From Octopus bimaculoides (lineage: Eukaryota), in assembly GCF_001194135.2 (NCBI RefSeq), contig NC_068988.1, positions 19,609,013 to 19,673,012 of the forward strand: DNA of 64,000 bases, read 5' to 3'. The notes beneath the pieces were generated by a model, which worked only from the letters and a program-made list of their open reading frames with translations, did no database searches and was not told the DNA's origin. Shown here one piece after another: positions 26,834 through 38,164 of the stretch. The stretch's first letter is position 1, and each line of letters starts with the position of its first letter. The position numbers and the translations under genes were made by a program.

Positions 26834-27052
26834 TAATAATCCTTTCAACTAGAGACACAACACATAAATTTCGTTGGGTGGGGGTTAGTCGATTACATCG
26901 ACCCCCACACCTGACTGGTACATATTTTATCGTCCTCAGAAAGATAAAAGTCTAAATCGACACTAGCGCTATTTGAACTCAGAAGATAAAGTCAGAATAC
27001 GTGCCGCAAAATTTTCTTCCCGGCTTGCTGGCAATTCTGCCAGCTCGCAACC
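26834..27052 (-). mobile_element. SINE family C, diverged
   Basis: agtcgattacatcgacccc hairpin, ctggtacatattttatcg, tttgaactcagaa, caattctgccagctcgc. Confidence 0.8.
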
Positions 27053-27616
27053 GATTTATTTGTAATAATGGAACATCATAATATATATTCGTACTTTCTA
27101 ACATGCATAAAAACTAGCATTTTTAGTGTGGCAATCCCTAACCAAAATTATCGACTACATCGTGTTTACACCAACATGATTTAACCATCAATTTACTTAA
27201 AGCTAATTAACCTTCCAGTCCTCTACATTGCTAAAGTAAAGGTCACTACTATATAACAGCCGAATAATTTATATATCTAACTAGTAAACATCTTAGTACT
27301 AAAATAGGCAGTATTCATTAAGGCATCTCAATACAAATGTAAGCAACTGATACTAAAATCAATGCAGAATTATTTGAGTTTTCTTTATTTTTTTATTTTC
27401 CTATTTACAGAACAGCAATCTGTCTAATCTGAACAGGCAGCATGAAAAACATACATCTAACAAATTTATAAATGTTTTAACCCATTTGATGATTTATACA
27501 TCAGCATGTCAGTAAGTACCGCGAAGATTAGGCTTCGCTGATGAGTTGAAGAAACGCGCTCTAAGTTGTTTCTAAGTTGTTGTGCACAGAATAATATCAA
27601 TATATTATTAATGAAT

Positions 27617-27845
27617 AAGGTCAGCAAATAGAATAGTTAGCACGCCGGACAAAACGCTTAATGGCGTTTAGTCCGTCTTTGCATTGTGGGATTTCGTCCG
27701 TTTTTAAGTTCAAATTCTTCCGAGTTTGACTTTGCTTTTCATCCTTTCGGGGTTGATAAAATAAGTACCAGTTGATCGATGTAATCGACATAGCATCTCC
27801 ACCGAAAATACTGGCCTTGTGCTGAAATTTGAAACCAATATATTA
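27617..27845 (+). mobile_element. SINE family C, first of a tandem pair
   Basis: gttagcacgccggacaaaacgctta...gagtttgactttgcttttcatcctttcggggttgataaaataagtaccagtt...ggccttgtgctgaaatttgaaaccaata. Confidence 0.85.
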
Positions 27846-27857
27846 TCAATGAATACA

Positions 27858-28035
27858 AAGGTGGCTTGACGGCAAAACCCTTAGTACGCTGGACAAAGTA
27901 ATAAGCGGCATTTCTTCCGTCACTTCGTCCTGAATTCAAATTCCACGGAATTCGACTTTGCCTTTCATCTTTACTCGACTTCTCCACTCCTCCCAAATTG
28001 TTGGAGTTGTGTTAAAATTTGAAACCAATATTTTA
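27858..28035 (+). mobile_element. SINE family C, second of a tandem pair, internally deleted
   Basis: ttagtacgctggacaaag...gcggcatttc...ctgaattcaaattccacggaattcgactttgcctttcatc...aaatttgaaaccaata. Confidence 0.8.
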
Positions 28036-28148
28036 TCAATGAATAGTATTGTATTTTATTTACGGTACACATTTTACTAACCTCCACAAGCTGTCCTTTG
28101 TGTTTATGATGTTAAAAGCATCTTAAGGAAATTTATTTTACATAACTA

Positions 28149-28317
28149 GGCGTAGGAGTGGCTGTGTGGTAAGTAGCTTGCTTACCAACAAACATGGTTC
28201 CGGATTCAGCCCCACTGTGTGGCACCTTGTGCAAGTGTCTTCTACTATAGCCTCGGGCTGACCAAAGCCTTGTGAGTGGATTTGGTAGACGAAAACTGAA
28301 AGAAGCCCGTCCTATAA

Positions 28318-28362
<45 letters not shown>

Positions 28363-28424
28363 TGTGGGTGTGTATGTTTGTGTGTTTGTGTTTGTCCCCC
28401 ACCCCACCCCAACATTGCTTGACA

Positions 28425-28429
<5 letters not shown>
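28149..28429 (+). mobile_element. SINE family A, 5' half, ending in (GA)n
   Basis: ggcgtaggagtggctgtgtggtaagtagcttgcttacc...gattcagccccactgtgtggcaccttgtgcaagtgtcttc...(TA)n...gcttgacaaccga. Confidence 0.92.
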
Positions 28430-28468
<39 letters not shown>

Positions 28469-29134
28469 GAATATTTATACATTATCACCATGCTACTTTA
28501 TAGTAAATAGTACCCCAGTTATGTATAGCAGACTTAATCCTTCACTCATTTCGACTCCATGAGGCATATTAATTGACTTCATGGGAACCCAATTTGTTGC
28601 AAGTATACCAGGCAGATCTTTGGTTTGATAATCTGTTCGCCTTTACTTCTACAAGTGTCGAAGACCCAGTAAGATTTTCGCTGTCTTCGCTGAAAGATGA
28701 AACAGCGATAAATCTATTGACAGCTTAGAAAAATAAGTGTCAATATTTACAAGAATTAAAAGCACACAACTTAGTCACGTGATGCAGAAATTTACTTCCT
28801 TAAACCTCCTAGGTATTTGTAAACATCAACTATTTAAAAACTACTGTCAAAACATAATAAAATCTAATACCAACGTAGGTCAAACCCGTATTGAGTGTAA
28901 CCTCATTTATTAGACGTTGAAATAATGAGATCGTTCAATAGATAAGTTATAGATCTGGCTGCATCGTCTAAAGTTTAATGGATGCAATAAATGTCAATCA
29001 AATTGTTTATGAGAATAGAATGTTGGGGAAATGAGCCGACCTCAGGGCGACGAGTTCAAAAATCATGTCTGAATAGATCAATATAATATTCCAACTTCAA
29101 ATTTTCAAGTTCGACGATAGTGAAAGTTGCAGAG

Positions 29135-29200
<66 letters not shown>

Positions 29201-29231
29201 AGAAAGAGAGAGAGAAAGAGAGAGAGAGAAA

Positions 29232-30003
29232 GATGTTATCAAAAGGTTCCCGGAATAGTTACGTTAAAATGTTAAATGAAAAAGATAGCTTATTTGCCCA
29301 AGTTTTAGCATAATCTCCTTCGAAATAGTCACCTTCCGCAACAATTCACCGGTCCCACCATTCCCGCCACTTGTGTGATCCAGCCTCGAACTCGTTTAAC
29401 GTACACCAGTCGAGATTCTTCTGCGATTCACTTTTGATCTTGAAAACGGTGTTAAGACGGTGACCTTTGAACTACATTTTCCGCTTGAGGAAGAGATGGA
29501 AGTACGCAGGTATTAAATTCGGTGAATAGGGCTGGTGCTGAAGCGGTACCCTGTTGTTTTTTGGCGAAAAGCTCACGAGTGAGGAGAGCTAGATCACAGC
29601 ATGCATTGTCGTCGTGAATAAACTAACTCTTCGTGCTCCAAAGTACCGATCGATGTTGCGAATGACTTTTCATAAACCCGTCAAACGTCCTTAATTAAAG
29701 TCCGACGATTCTCATGCACATGGTCATGAATTTTCTCCACATTTCTGGGGTTTACGCTCGTGACAGTTCTTCCAGATCACTCATCCTCTTTTAGATATGC
29801 TTTCCCGATTTTGAAGCGTCTGTGCCTCTTAAAATATTGCATACAGCCCATCACTTCTTGCCGAATCTTTCTCAATGTCTTTGTAGCAGACTTCCCAAGT
29901 TTAACGCAAAATTTCACGTTGGCTCTTTATTCCAGCTACCAGTCCATGACAAAATTGGCTGACTAGACGTGAGCACAAAAACATAAATTTTGCAACTTGC
30001 GAA
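29232..30003 (-). pseudogene. Internally deleted mariner element (second lineage)
   Basis: ATG at 29947: MDW*LE*RANVKFCVKLGKSATKTL...DE*SGRTVTSVNPRNVEKIHDHVHENRR, then directly the KNWFIHDDNA/HQPYSPNL-type C-terminal region ending GDYFEGD; TIR-like gatgttatcaaaaggttcccggaatag at 29232. Confidence 0.88.
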
Positions 30004-30040
30004 GTAATTAACTAATTAATTAATTAATTAAGTAATTAAT

Positions 30041-30105
30041 AAAGGCGGTGCTCCAGCATGGCCGCAGTCAAAGGACTGAAACAAATAAAAGAGTAAAAGA
30101 GTAAG
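30041..30105 (+). mobile_element. SINE family A, 3' tail fragment
   Basis: aaaggcggtgctccagcatggccgcagtcaaaggactgaaacaaataaaagagtaaaagagtaa. Confidence 0.9.
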
Positions 30106-30124
30106 TAAGTATGTATGCGAACAC

Positions 30125-30296
30125 TATTCAATTTTTTTTCTCCGTGTTTTTCTCCTTGTCTCCGTATCCTTTCTGTTGAAGAGCGTAGCTCGAAACGTCA
30201 AAGACTTTCCGTATTCCCGAGCGTCATACTAATATATACTTTTGTTATTTACACCACCTGTCCTCGTCTGTTGTTATTTTTTGTATATTCTCCCCC
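30125..30296 (+). mobile_element. Short non-autonomous Penelope-like element (family D)
   Basis: Contains a minimal hammerhead motif; 3' part repeated at 1353-1428; followed by TATG/TA microsatellite. Confidence 0.6.
30169..30203 (+). ncRNA. Minimal type I hammerhead ribozyme-like motif (PLE type)
   Basis: CTTT-CTGTTGA-A-GAGC(GTA)GCTC-GAAA-CGTC-AAAG: stem I CTTT/AAAG, stem II GAGC/GCTC, palindromic ACGT stem III, GUC cleavage triplet; core position 6 is U instead of A. Confidence 0.6.
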
Positions 30297-30443
30297 CTAT
30301 GTATATATGTATGTATATATGTATGTATGAATGCAAGCATTTATGTATATATGTGTGTATGCATGCATATATGTATGGTTGTATGTATCTGTGTGTGTTT
30401 GTATGCATATATGCATGTATACATATATACATACATACATATA

Positions 30444-30480
<37 letters not shown>

Positions 30481-31476
30481 GTATGTATGCATATGTGTAT
30501 GTATATATTTTCCAATCGTATTTTTAAACATTATAGCTTCTGAATATACAGCATTTTAGAAATCGTTGCTTTACCAATAGTAACAAGAAGAAACATGTAT
30601 GATATATTTGAAGAAACAACGTTTTGTGATCAAAACATTTTCCGTGAAATATTGTTCTGAATATCAGTACTGAGGATGTTATATGAGACAAAAATATATT
30701 TATGGACACCGATTTGAAGGATGATATATCTAACATAGGAATATTTTCTCACGTTTTCAATCCCAATACACTGCATGACAGAGTTGGTTGCATAGATCAT
30801 TAATAAGTTTATATCTATGATGGACGTGGTAATCTATATTGCTCGCTTATACGAAAGGAAGTCCTTCACTTGGCTTCTAAGCAAACAGCATTAGCTGGTT
30901 TCTCTGGTGAACGGGTATAGGTGTCTAATAATTATGGGATATAAGAAACTGCGAATAGGAAATGTAACAGAATCATTCTGTCACGTGTTTCTAGCTCACA
31001 TTTTCTAACTGGATTCTAACACACATGTGAAAGTAATGATATTCCGATGTCAGGCTTTTCACTCTGTTCAAGGGTTTATATACAATTTAAGTGAAGAAAG
31101 GAAAATGAAAGTATTTTAGTTCAAGGATGATGAATAAAGATGTAAATGATATGCATACAAAAGCAACCTGAAACATTTCATTTTTGAGGATTCGATGTTG
31201 TCACATGGGTGGGAAATGCACGAAGTATCCTATTACGAAACCAAAAGTAATAGATTCTTGAAACTTATCATTGCAGACTTTCCACACCTCAAGCGACTGC
31301 TATAAGTGAGGAAAAACATAGCTAGTGAAAGTGATAATAGAATATTATATGACATTATAAATACTTTGTTTCTAAAGGTAAGTTCTTAATTACTTTAAAA
31401 TATCAGACATTACTCCGATCAGTTTTTGCTTAGTGGAACAGCAAAAGAAGATTTGCATCAACATAGGAATCGGATT

Positions 31477-32020
31477 AAGTTGCAGTTGGCAGAATCATTA
31501 GCATACCGGGTTAAATGCTTCGCGACATTTCGTCTGTCGTTACGTTCTGAGTTCAAATTCTGCCGAAGTCAATTGCACCTTTCGCGATTGATAAAATACG
31601 TTTCTGTGGAGGCGCAATGGCCCAGTGGTTACGGCAGCGGACTCGCGGTCATAGGATCGTGGTTTCGATTCCCAGACCGGGCGTTGGGTGTGTTTATTGT
31701 ACTCTTCCACCACAACTTTCATTCACTCTTACTTCCTGTTTCTGTTGTACCTGTATGTCAAAGGGCCAGCCTTGTCACACTGTGTCACGCTGAATATCCC
31801 TGAAAACTAGGTTAAATGTACACGTGTCTTTGGAGTGCTCAGCCACCTGCACGTTAATTTCACGAGCAGGCTGTTCCGTTGATCGGATCAACTGGAACCC
31901 TCGACGTCGTAAGCGACGGAGTGCCAACAATAACAACAACAAAATAAGTTTCAGTTGAACACTGTGGTCGATCTATTCGACTTACTCACCTGCCTCGATC
32001 TTGCTGGCCTTGTGGCACTA
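31477..32020 (+). mobile_element. SINE family C, split by a family B insertion
   Basis: Head ttggcagaatcattagcataccggg...gagttcaaattc to 31604; resumes aaaataagtttcagttgaacactgtggtcgatctattcgac at 31941. Confidence 0.85.
31605..31940 (+). mobile_element. SINE family B with internal deletion and 12-bp TSD
   Basis: Collinear with 19139-19525 but lacks about 60 bp after gtgtttattg; TSD AAAATACGTTTC (31593-31604)/AAAATAAGTTTC (31941-31952); (AAC)n tail. Confidence 0.92.
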
Positions 32021-32210
32021 ATCCCATAGCGGTTAATACGAAAATAGAGATTTAATCTGCACATTAAACTGGTAAGTGGCAAAATTTCTATGCCCTTTTG
32101 GTAAATCATTAAGCCTGCACAATATGCCTTCCGCAACAGTTTATTTGATATAAGAAAAATACAAAGAAGTGGTCACTCTTATGTTTTATTTATTGTTATT
32201 TAAATGAAAC

Positions 32211-32533
32211 GTGGACGCGAAATGGTCGAGTGGTTAGGGCAACGGACTCGCGGTCAGAGGATTGCGGTTTTGATTACCAAACCGGGCATTGTGCGTGTTT
32301 ATTGAGCGGAAACACCTAAAACCCCACGAGGCTCCGGCTGGGGGTGGTGGCTACCCCTGTTGTACTCTTTCGCCCCAACTTTCTCTCATTCTTTCTTCCT
32401 GTTTTTTGAGTAACGCTGCGATGGACTGGCGTCCCGTCCAGCTGGGGGGGGGGGGGACACATACGCCATAGAAACCAGGAAATTGAGCCCATGAGCCTGG
32501 CTAGGCTTTAAAAGGGCGCATAAAATTTTTTTT
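32211..32533 (+). mobile_element. SINE family B' (B head and middle, different 3' half)
   Basis: First ~190 bp align to family B, then ctgcgatggactggcgtcccgtccag...gaaaccaggaaattgagcccatgagcctggctagg; TSD ATGAAAC at 32204-32210 and 32534-32540. Confidence 0.85.
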
Positions 32534-34755
32534 ATGAAACTGCTTCCTTTAAAATGTTTGCCTATTGCTTCAATTCTATATCAATCATCGGTTTTGATAA
32601 CGTTTACTTGAAACAGATGCTTGTAACACTTTTAGGAGATAGAACGACTTTAATACTTGGCATCAAGCCTGAGGTGCCACACTTTTCAAACATATATTAC
32701 ACTACTGTGATAATTTGACAATGTCTTCCTCACAGACTAAAATCTGCAGTAGGTGTTTTGGGAATTATTTTCAAGGATGTTAGGTTAATTATATCCTGTT
32801 TACAGACGCTAATTTCTAAGTATAAAAAAATAAACATGTCTGAATGTGTCTTTAAACAACAATAAAATTATCCAAATTAAACCCTATGTGGAGAAGTTGG
32901 TGAGCAGTTAGCGTTTTCCAAACAATTACAGTAGTGCAGAGAAAACTTCGGAACACTGTATCATCATATTAAAAGAAAAAGGGAGAATTGAAAGATGAAA
33001 TTAGATCTGGGAGAAGCAGAAGTATCACTTCAGAACAGTTTCTGATGCAGTTATCCCTAATGTATGACCCATTGCATTAATTTGCTTTACTTTGATGTTG
33101 TTTTCGGTAAAAGAATTACAACAGTTATTTATGTATAAAATATGATCCACTGGCTTAGCATCTTGGAAGAAAAGCTCGAGAAGACCAAGGGCGAGATAAA
33201 AATTAGTGATAAAAATTAGTGATAAAAATTAATTTGAAAAGCAACAACAAAAAGATCGCTATTAAAAAACCACAACTTCTTACTTTTTTTATAAACAATA
33301 GCCAGCTCTATGTGTTTTCTACAGAATTTAAAGCATCTCTGCTTTCTCAAACTATCAAAACCACTGCTGAAGGAGATAGATTTCATTGCTATTCCTATTA
33401 ACCCGATGTAATACTATCTCTATTGTACGAGTGCAATAAAATGCATTCACACATTATGCGAAGAATCATGAACGCTACATCTGCATTTTTCGCTGCGTCT
33501 GACGACTTATTCTTATACATTCTATTGAGTGTGAGGTGGGGTTCAGCACATGAAATCAATATCAACAGCACAAGCAGGAGAATTTTCATAAAAGGGGTAT
33601 GTTTATTTAATTATACTGACAGACTTCCATTTCTGTGTTATTGAAATCCGTGTTATATCTTGTCTGTGTTACAAAATGCCAGCAGATCCTTCAAGTCCAA
33701 TAGTTGCTTGAGAATACTGAACACAAATTACGTCTAATTGTGGCAAAATTTATGCCGGTTTTCTCTGATGGTATTTGATAAGAAGATAATTAATTTTATA
33801 TTGGTTGAATACATGATTATTTTTTCTGCACTTGCTTGATATTTTATATTTACTATAATTAGTGAGTGCAAGCTGGAAAATTCAGTCAAAATATTACATA
33901 TTATATTTCATTCTACTATTTATTTACTGAAGTGTAGTGATAATCACGTTAGTTTCTTAGCTACCATCAAATTTTGATCTTATTCTCGCTTTCTCTCTCT
34001 CTCACTCTCTCTCTTCATCTCTCTCACTCTCCCCCTTCCCCTTTCCCCCTCCATCACATGTGCTCGCACACACACACAGACATATACACGCTCATAAAGA
34101 TCAAGATTCAGAAGGGGAGAGAAGTGAGGTGTAAGTGAAATATATCCACCAGCTAATGTTATCCACAATACCATAAAGTTTAAATGCATGTGAAAGAAAT
34201 GTTTGTCCAACTATACTGTACAATCATTGTTTGCAAATATGATGTTCAGCCATATTACCCACTTAATACTGATAGCTAGAGAGAGAGAGACAGTGAATTT
34301 GTATGTGTGAGAGCGGTCATTGCTGTTAATTGCTTATAAAATTTGCTTTACGGCAGGTCACATGATTAATTAAAGGTCATATACATATGCGTACGCACAT
34401 ATGGGCAAAAATACAGGTATAATCATCTTTCTCTCTCATATGTATGCATGTATGTATGTATACACACACACACACACACACACACNNNNNNNNNNNNNNN
34501 NNNNNNNNNNNNNNNNNNNNNNNNNNNNNNNNNNNNNNNNNNNNNNNNNNNNNNNNNNNNNNNNNNNNNNNNNNNNNNNNNNNNNNNNNNNNNNNNNNNN
34601 NNNNNNNNNNNNNNNNNNNNNNNNNNNNNNNNNNNNNNNNNNNNNNNNNNNNNNNNNNNNNNNNNNNNNNNNNNNNNNNNNNNNNNNNNNNNNNNNNNNN
34701 NNNNNNNNNNNNNNGTATGTATATATATATGTATATATATATATGTATATATATG

Positions 34756-34789
<34 letters not shown>

Positions 34790-35251
34790 CAAACTCCATT
34801 CTTCACCAAGTAAGAGGCTCCCTATAATAACAGTGTAGCAACACGGTGGTGCATCAGCATGGCCGCAGCTCTAAGCTGAAACTTAAAAAAAAATATATAT
34901 ATATATGTATATATATATACATATTGACGACTATTATTATTGCTGCTGCTTATTCGACTACTCCGGTCACTCCTTTTGAAAAGAGCCTTGACCAGACTAC
35001 TTACTTTAAAATCACAGACGGTGTCGCTAGTAGTCGCTAGTAATGCCACGAAAATTAAAGGAAGTTACCACTTGCGCTTACAGGAAGAAGAAAAGTACAA
35101 AATGGACGACTATTTTAATAATTTTAATAATAACTTTTTTCTCTGCATATTCCTTTTTAGTACATATTTTTGATTAGGCTTTTCAACAACCGAAACATGT
35201 AAAAGAAAACCATTTTTCATGTATTATATAAGAAAATTTAAACGAACCTAA

Positions 35252-35282
<31 letters not shown>

Positions 35283-35987
35283 ACACACACATAGTTTGAG
35301 GTGGGCTGCACGTGCCTACCTCGGTTGCTATGGCATTGAAGTAGATCCGGCCACCTTCGTTAACGGGGACAAAACCCTGATTTCAAATACTGGATGATGA
35401 AGAGGATGATGATGATGATGATGTTGATATATACAGATATAAGTTTATAAATTTGTGTAGCATGATTCCTGATGTGAAGTTGTGTGTCGAAACAGATATT
35501 GCTGTATTTCGGGACGGTCAGCAATTTGACTAGCATCTGATAGGCAGAGTAATTTGCACATTCCGCTCCTAATGGTTCACTGATATTGAAGCAGTATTTG
35601 TGTACGACAAAACTTACATCAGTATTAGCTATTAGCCTAATTCATTACTTCTCTACAAGCAGGTGACTCATGCTAATTATTCGAGCATCATGAATGGTAC
35701 GTTTTTCGTCAAGAGGCACCGGTATGCCATGAGATTGTCAGTCAGGAGAGTTTCCTCTCACTTTATTCCCTTGCATTAGTTGTATAGAAGAAATGTGCTT
35801 ACATTCTTACATAACCAAATTGACGCTTATATATGTATGTATGTATGTATGTATGTGTAGGTGTACTCACGTGACTGCATAGTCTTACGGTCATTTCATA
35901 ACCTTCTATTGTATTACAGCGTAGCTTACTCTGATAGTTGCACGATTCTGTGCATTCATATACTATTCTACTCATCCCCCATCTCTG

Positions 35988-36053
<66 letters not shown>

Positions 36054-37954
36054 NNNNNNNNNNNNNNNNNNNNNNNNNNNNNNNNNNNNNNNNNNNNNNN
36101 NNNNNNNNNNNNNNNNNNNNNNNNNNNNNNNNNNNNNNNNNNNNNNNNNNNNNNNNNNNNNNNNNNNNNNNNNNNNNNNNNNNNNNNNNNNNNNNNNNNN
36201 NNNNNNNNNNNNNNNNNNNNNNNNNNNNNNNNNNNNNNNNNNNNNNNNNNNNNNNNNNNNNNNNNNNNNNNNNNNNNNNNNNNNNNNNNNNNNNNNNNNN
36301 NNNNNNNNNNNNNNNNNNNNNNNNNNNNNNNNNNNNNNNNNNNNNNNNNNNNNNNNNNNNNNNNNNNNNNNNNNNNNNNNNNNNNNNNNNNNNNNNNNNN
36401 NNNNNNNNNNNNNNNNNNNNNNNNNNNNNNNNNNNNNNNNNNNNNNNNNNNNNNNNNNNNNNNNNNNNNNNNNNNNNNNNNNNNNNNNNNNNNNNNNNNN
36501 NNNNNNNNNNNNNNNNNNNNNNNNNNNNNNNNNNNNNNNNNNNNNNNNNNNNNNNNNNNNNNNNNNNNNNNNNNNNNNNNNNNNNNNNNNNNNNNNNNNN
36601 NNNNNNNNNNNNNNNNNNNNNNNNNNNNNNNNNNNNNNNNNNNNNNNNNNNNNNNNNNNNNNNNNNNNNNNNNNNNNNNNNNNNNNNNNNNTATATATAT
36701 ACCTTCAAGTTGTGTGACATTTGAAAAATATATGTCTGATATTGATTTTTAATATCTACACGAGATCGCGTACTTCGAAAATGATTGTAATCAAATAATT
36801 CTACTTAACAGTTACATTATTTTATCGTAACCGGAATGTTAAAAAGCAGCGTTGAAAATCGGCGCTATTAGAACTCAGAACGTAAATCGCCGAATCTAAA
36901 TATATATGTATATTATATTTATAGCGTAGTGGCTTATATCTATTTAAATCTATTTTACCTCTATTGTGTCGCATTTGGCATTAACTGCTGATTATTAGGT
37001 GCTGAAGCCTCTCAGCTAAAGTATACTTTCTATTTGATGTAAGCTTGTTCTTGGCTCGGAGTCAGGCTGATTGTAAACGTGACTTACTGGAAAGAACTAA
37101 CATATTACACTGAAAATACATTAGTGCTATTGTTCGTTATGTTTATTATTCATTTCGGTCTTTACGCCGAAGAATCGGTCAGCGTGAGGACGGCTTTGAA
37201 CTAAAGGCTTCCACCACCATTACTCTGAATAAATATTGTAGATGTCAATAGTGAAGTCTACACAGAACTTGTAAGGACCTACCAAACTAAAGAAACCAAT
37301 GGGTTTCGATTCCTAGTTGCAATAATTTCACTTTATTTGCATTTCTGATAAACGAGTGAATTAAATGCCTTACAGCTCCATTTGTAATTCTAAAATGTTC
37401 TGCTTTCACTGAGGAACAATTCAGATTTATTCAATACTTATGAATTCACATCCTTCATATTCACTAAGGTCTTTATCTCCATGCACGATTTTCACATTCA
37501 CTTTTTCCTTTAGATTCCCTCTCTCTTCTCCAACTCTCTTTGTATCACACGCCTAAATTTAAACAAATCTTATGTGCATGTTTATTGGCGGTTCCAAAAA
37601 TCTATAACGATTCAGCATTGTAAACAGTGACTAATTATGGCTTTTTACCCGCCATCTCCTAAAATACTTTCCGTCCCAGTAGACTGATCAGTGTTGTGTT
37701 ATTAATCGATGGCTTACTCTTTCAAATATGTCTCCAAAACAACAAGTCGCCAACCGTCTTTCGTCCAATTAATACCGACAAATACGTTGTTATTTCATCA
37801 TACTAACGTAGTTGCTAAATTGTTAATGTCACTTGTTTTATAAATAATAAATATAGATAAATCTCTGTCGGTTTCAGATATGAAGGTTTAGATGCTCTGT
37901 TATATATTTACGTTCCTTTTGATTTAGCCTGGGTTAGCATTCAATACACACAGT

Positions 37955-38164
37955 TAATATTGGTCTCAAATTTTGGCACAAGGCTAGCAATTTCGTGCGA
38001 GTGGGTAAGAAGATACACTGACCCCAGCGCTCAACTGGTGCACATTTTAACGACTACGAAAAGGAAAATCGACCTCGGCGGATTTTGATCTCAGAATGAA
38101 TGTACGGACAAAATGCCGCTAAGTATTTTGCCCGGTGTGCTAACGATTCTAACAGCGAGATGCC
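37955..38164 (-). mobile_element. SINE family C, diverged
   Basis: taatattggtctcaaattttggcacaagg...aaaatcgacctcggcggattttgatctcagaa...aaatgccgctaagtattttgcccggtgtgctaacgattct. Confidence 0.85.

Noticed and set aside
27521-27565. CTGATGA-gttgaa-GAAACGCG with an upstream hairpin
   Set aside because: No stem II, and no valid NUH/stem III pairing in type I or III topology.
35469-35512. CTGATGT...GAAACAG-atattg-CTGTA hammerhead-like string
   Set aside because: Stem III is good, but A9 is missing and stems I and II do not pair.
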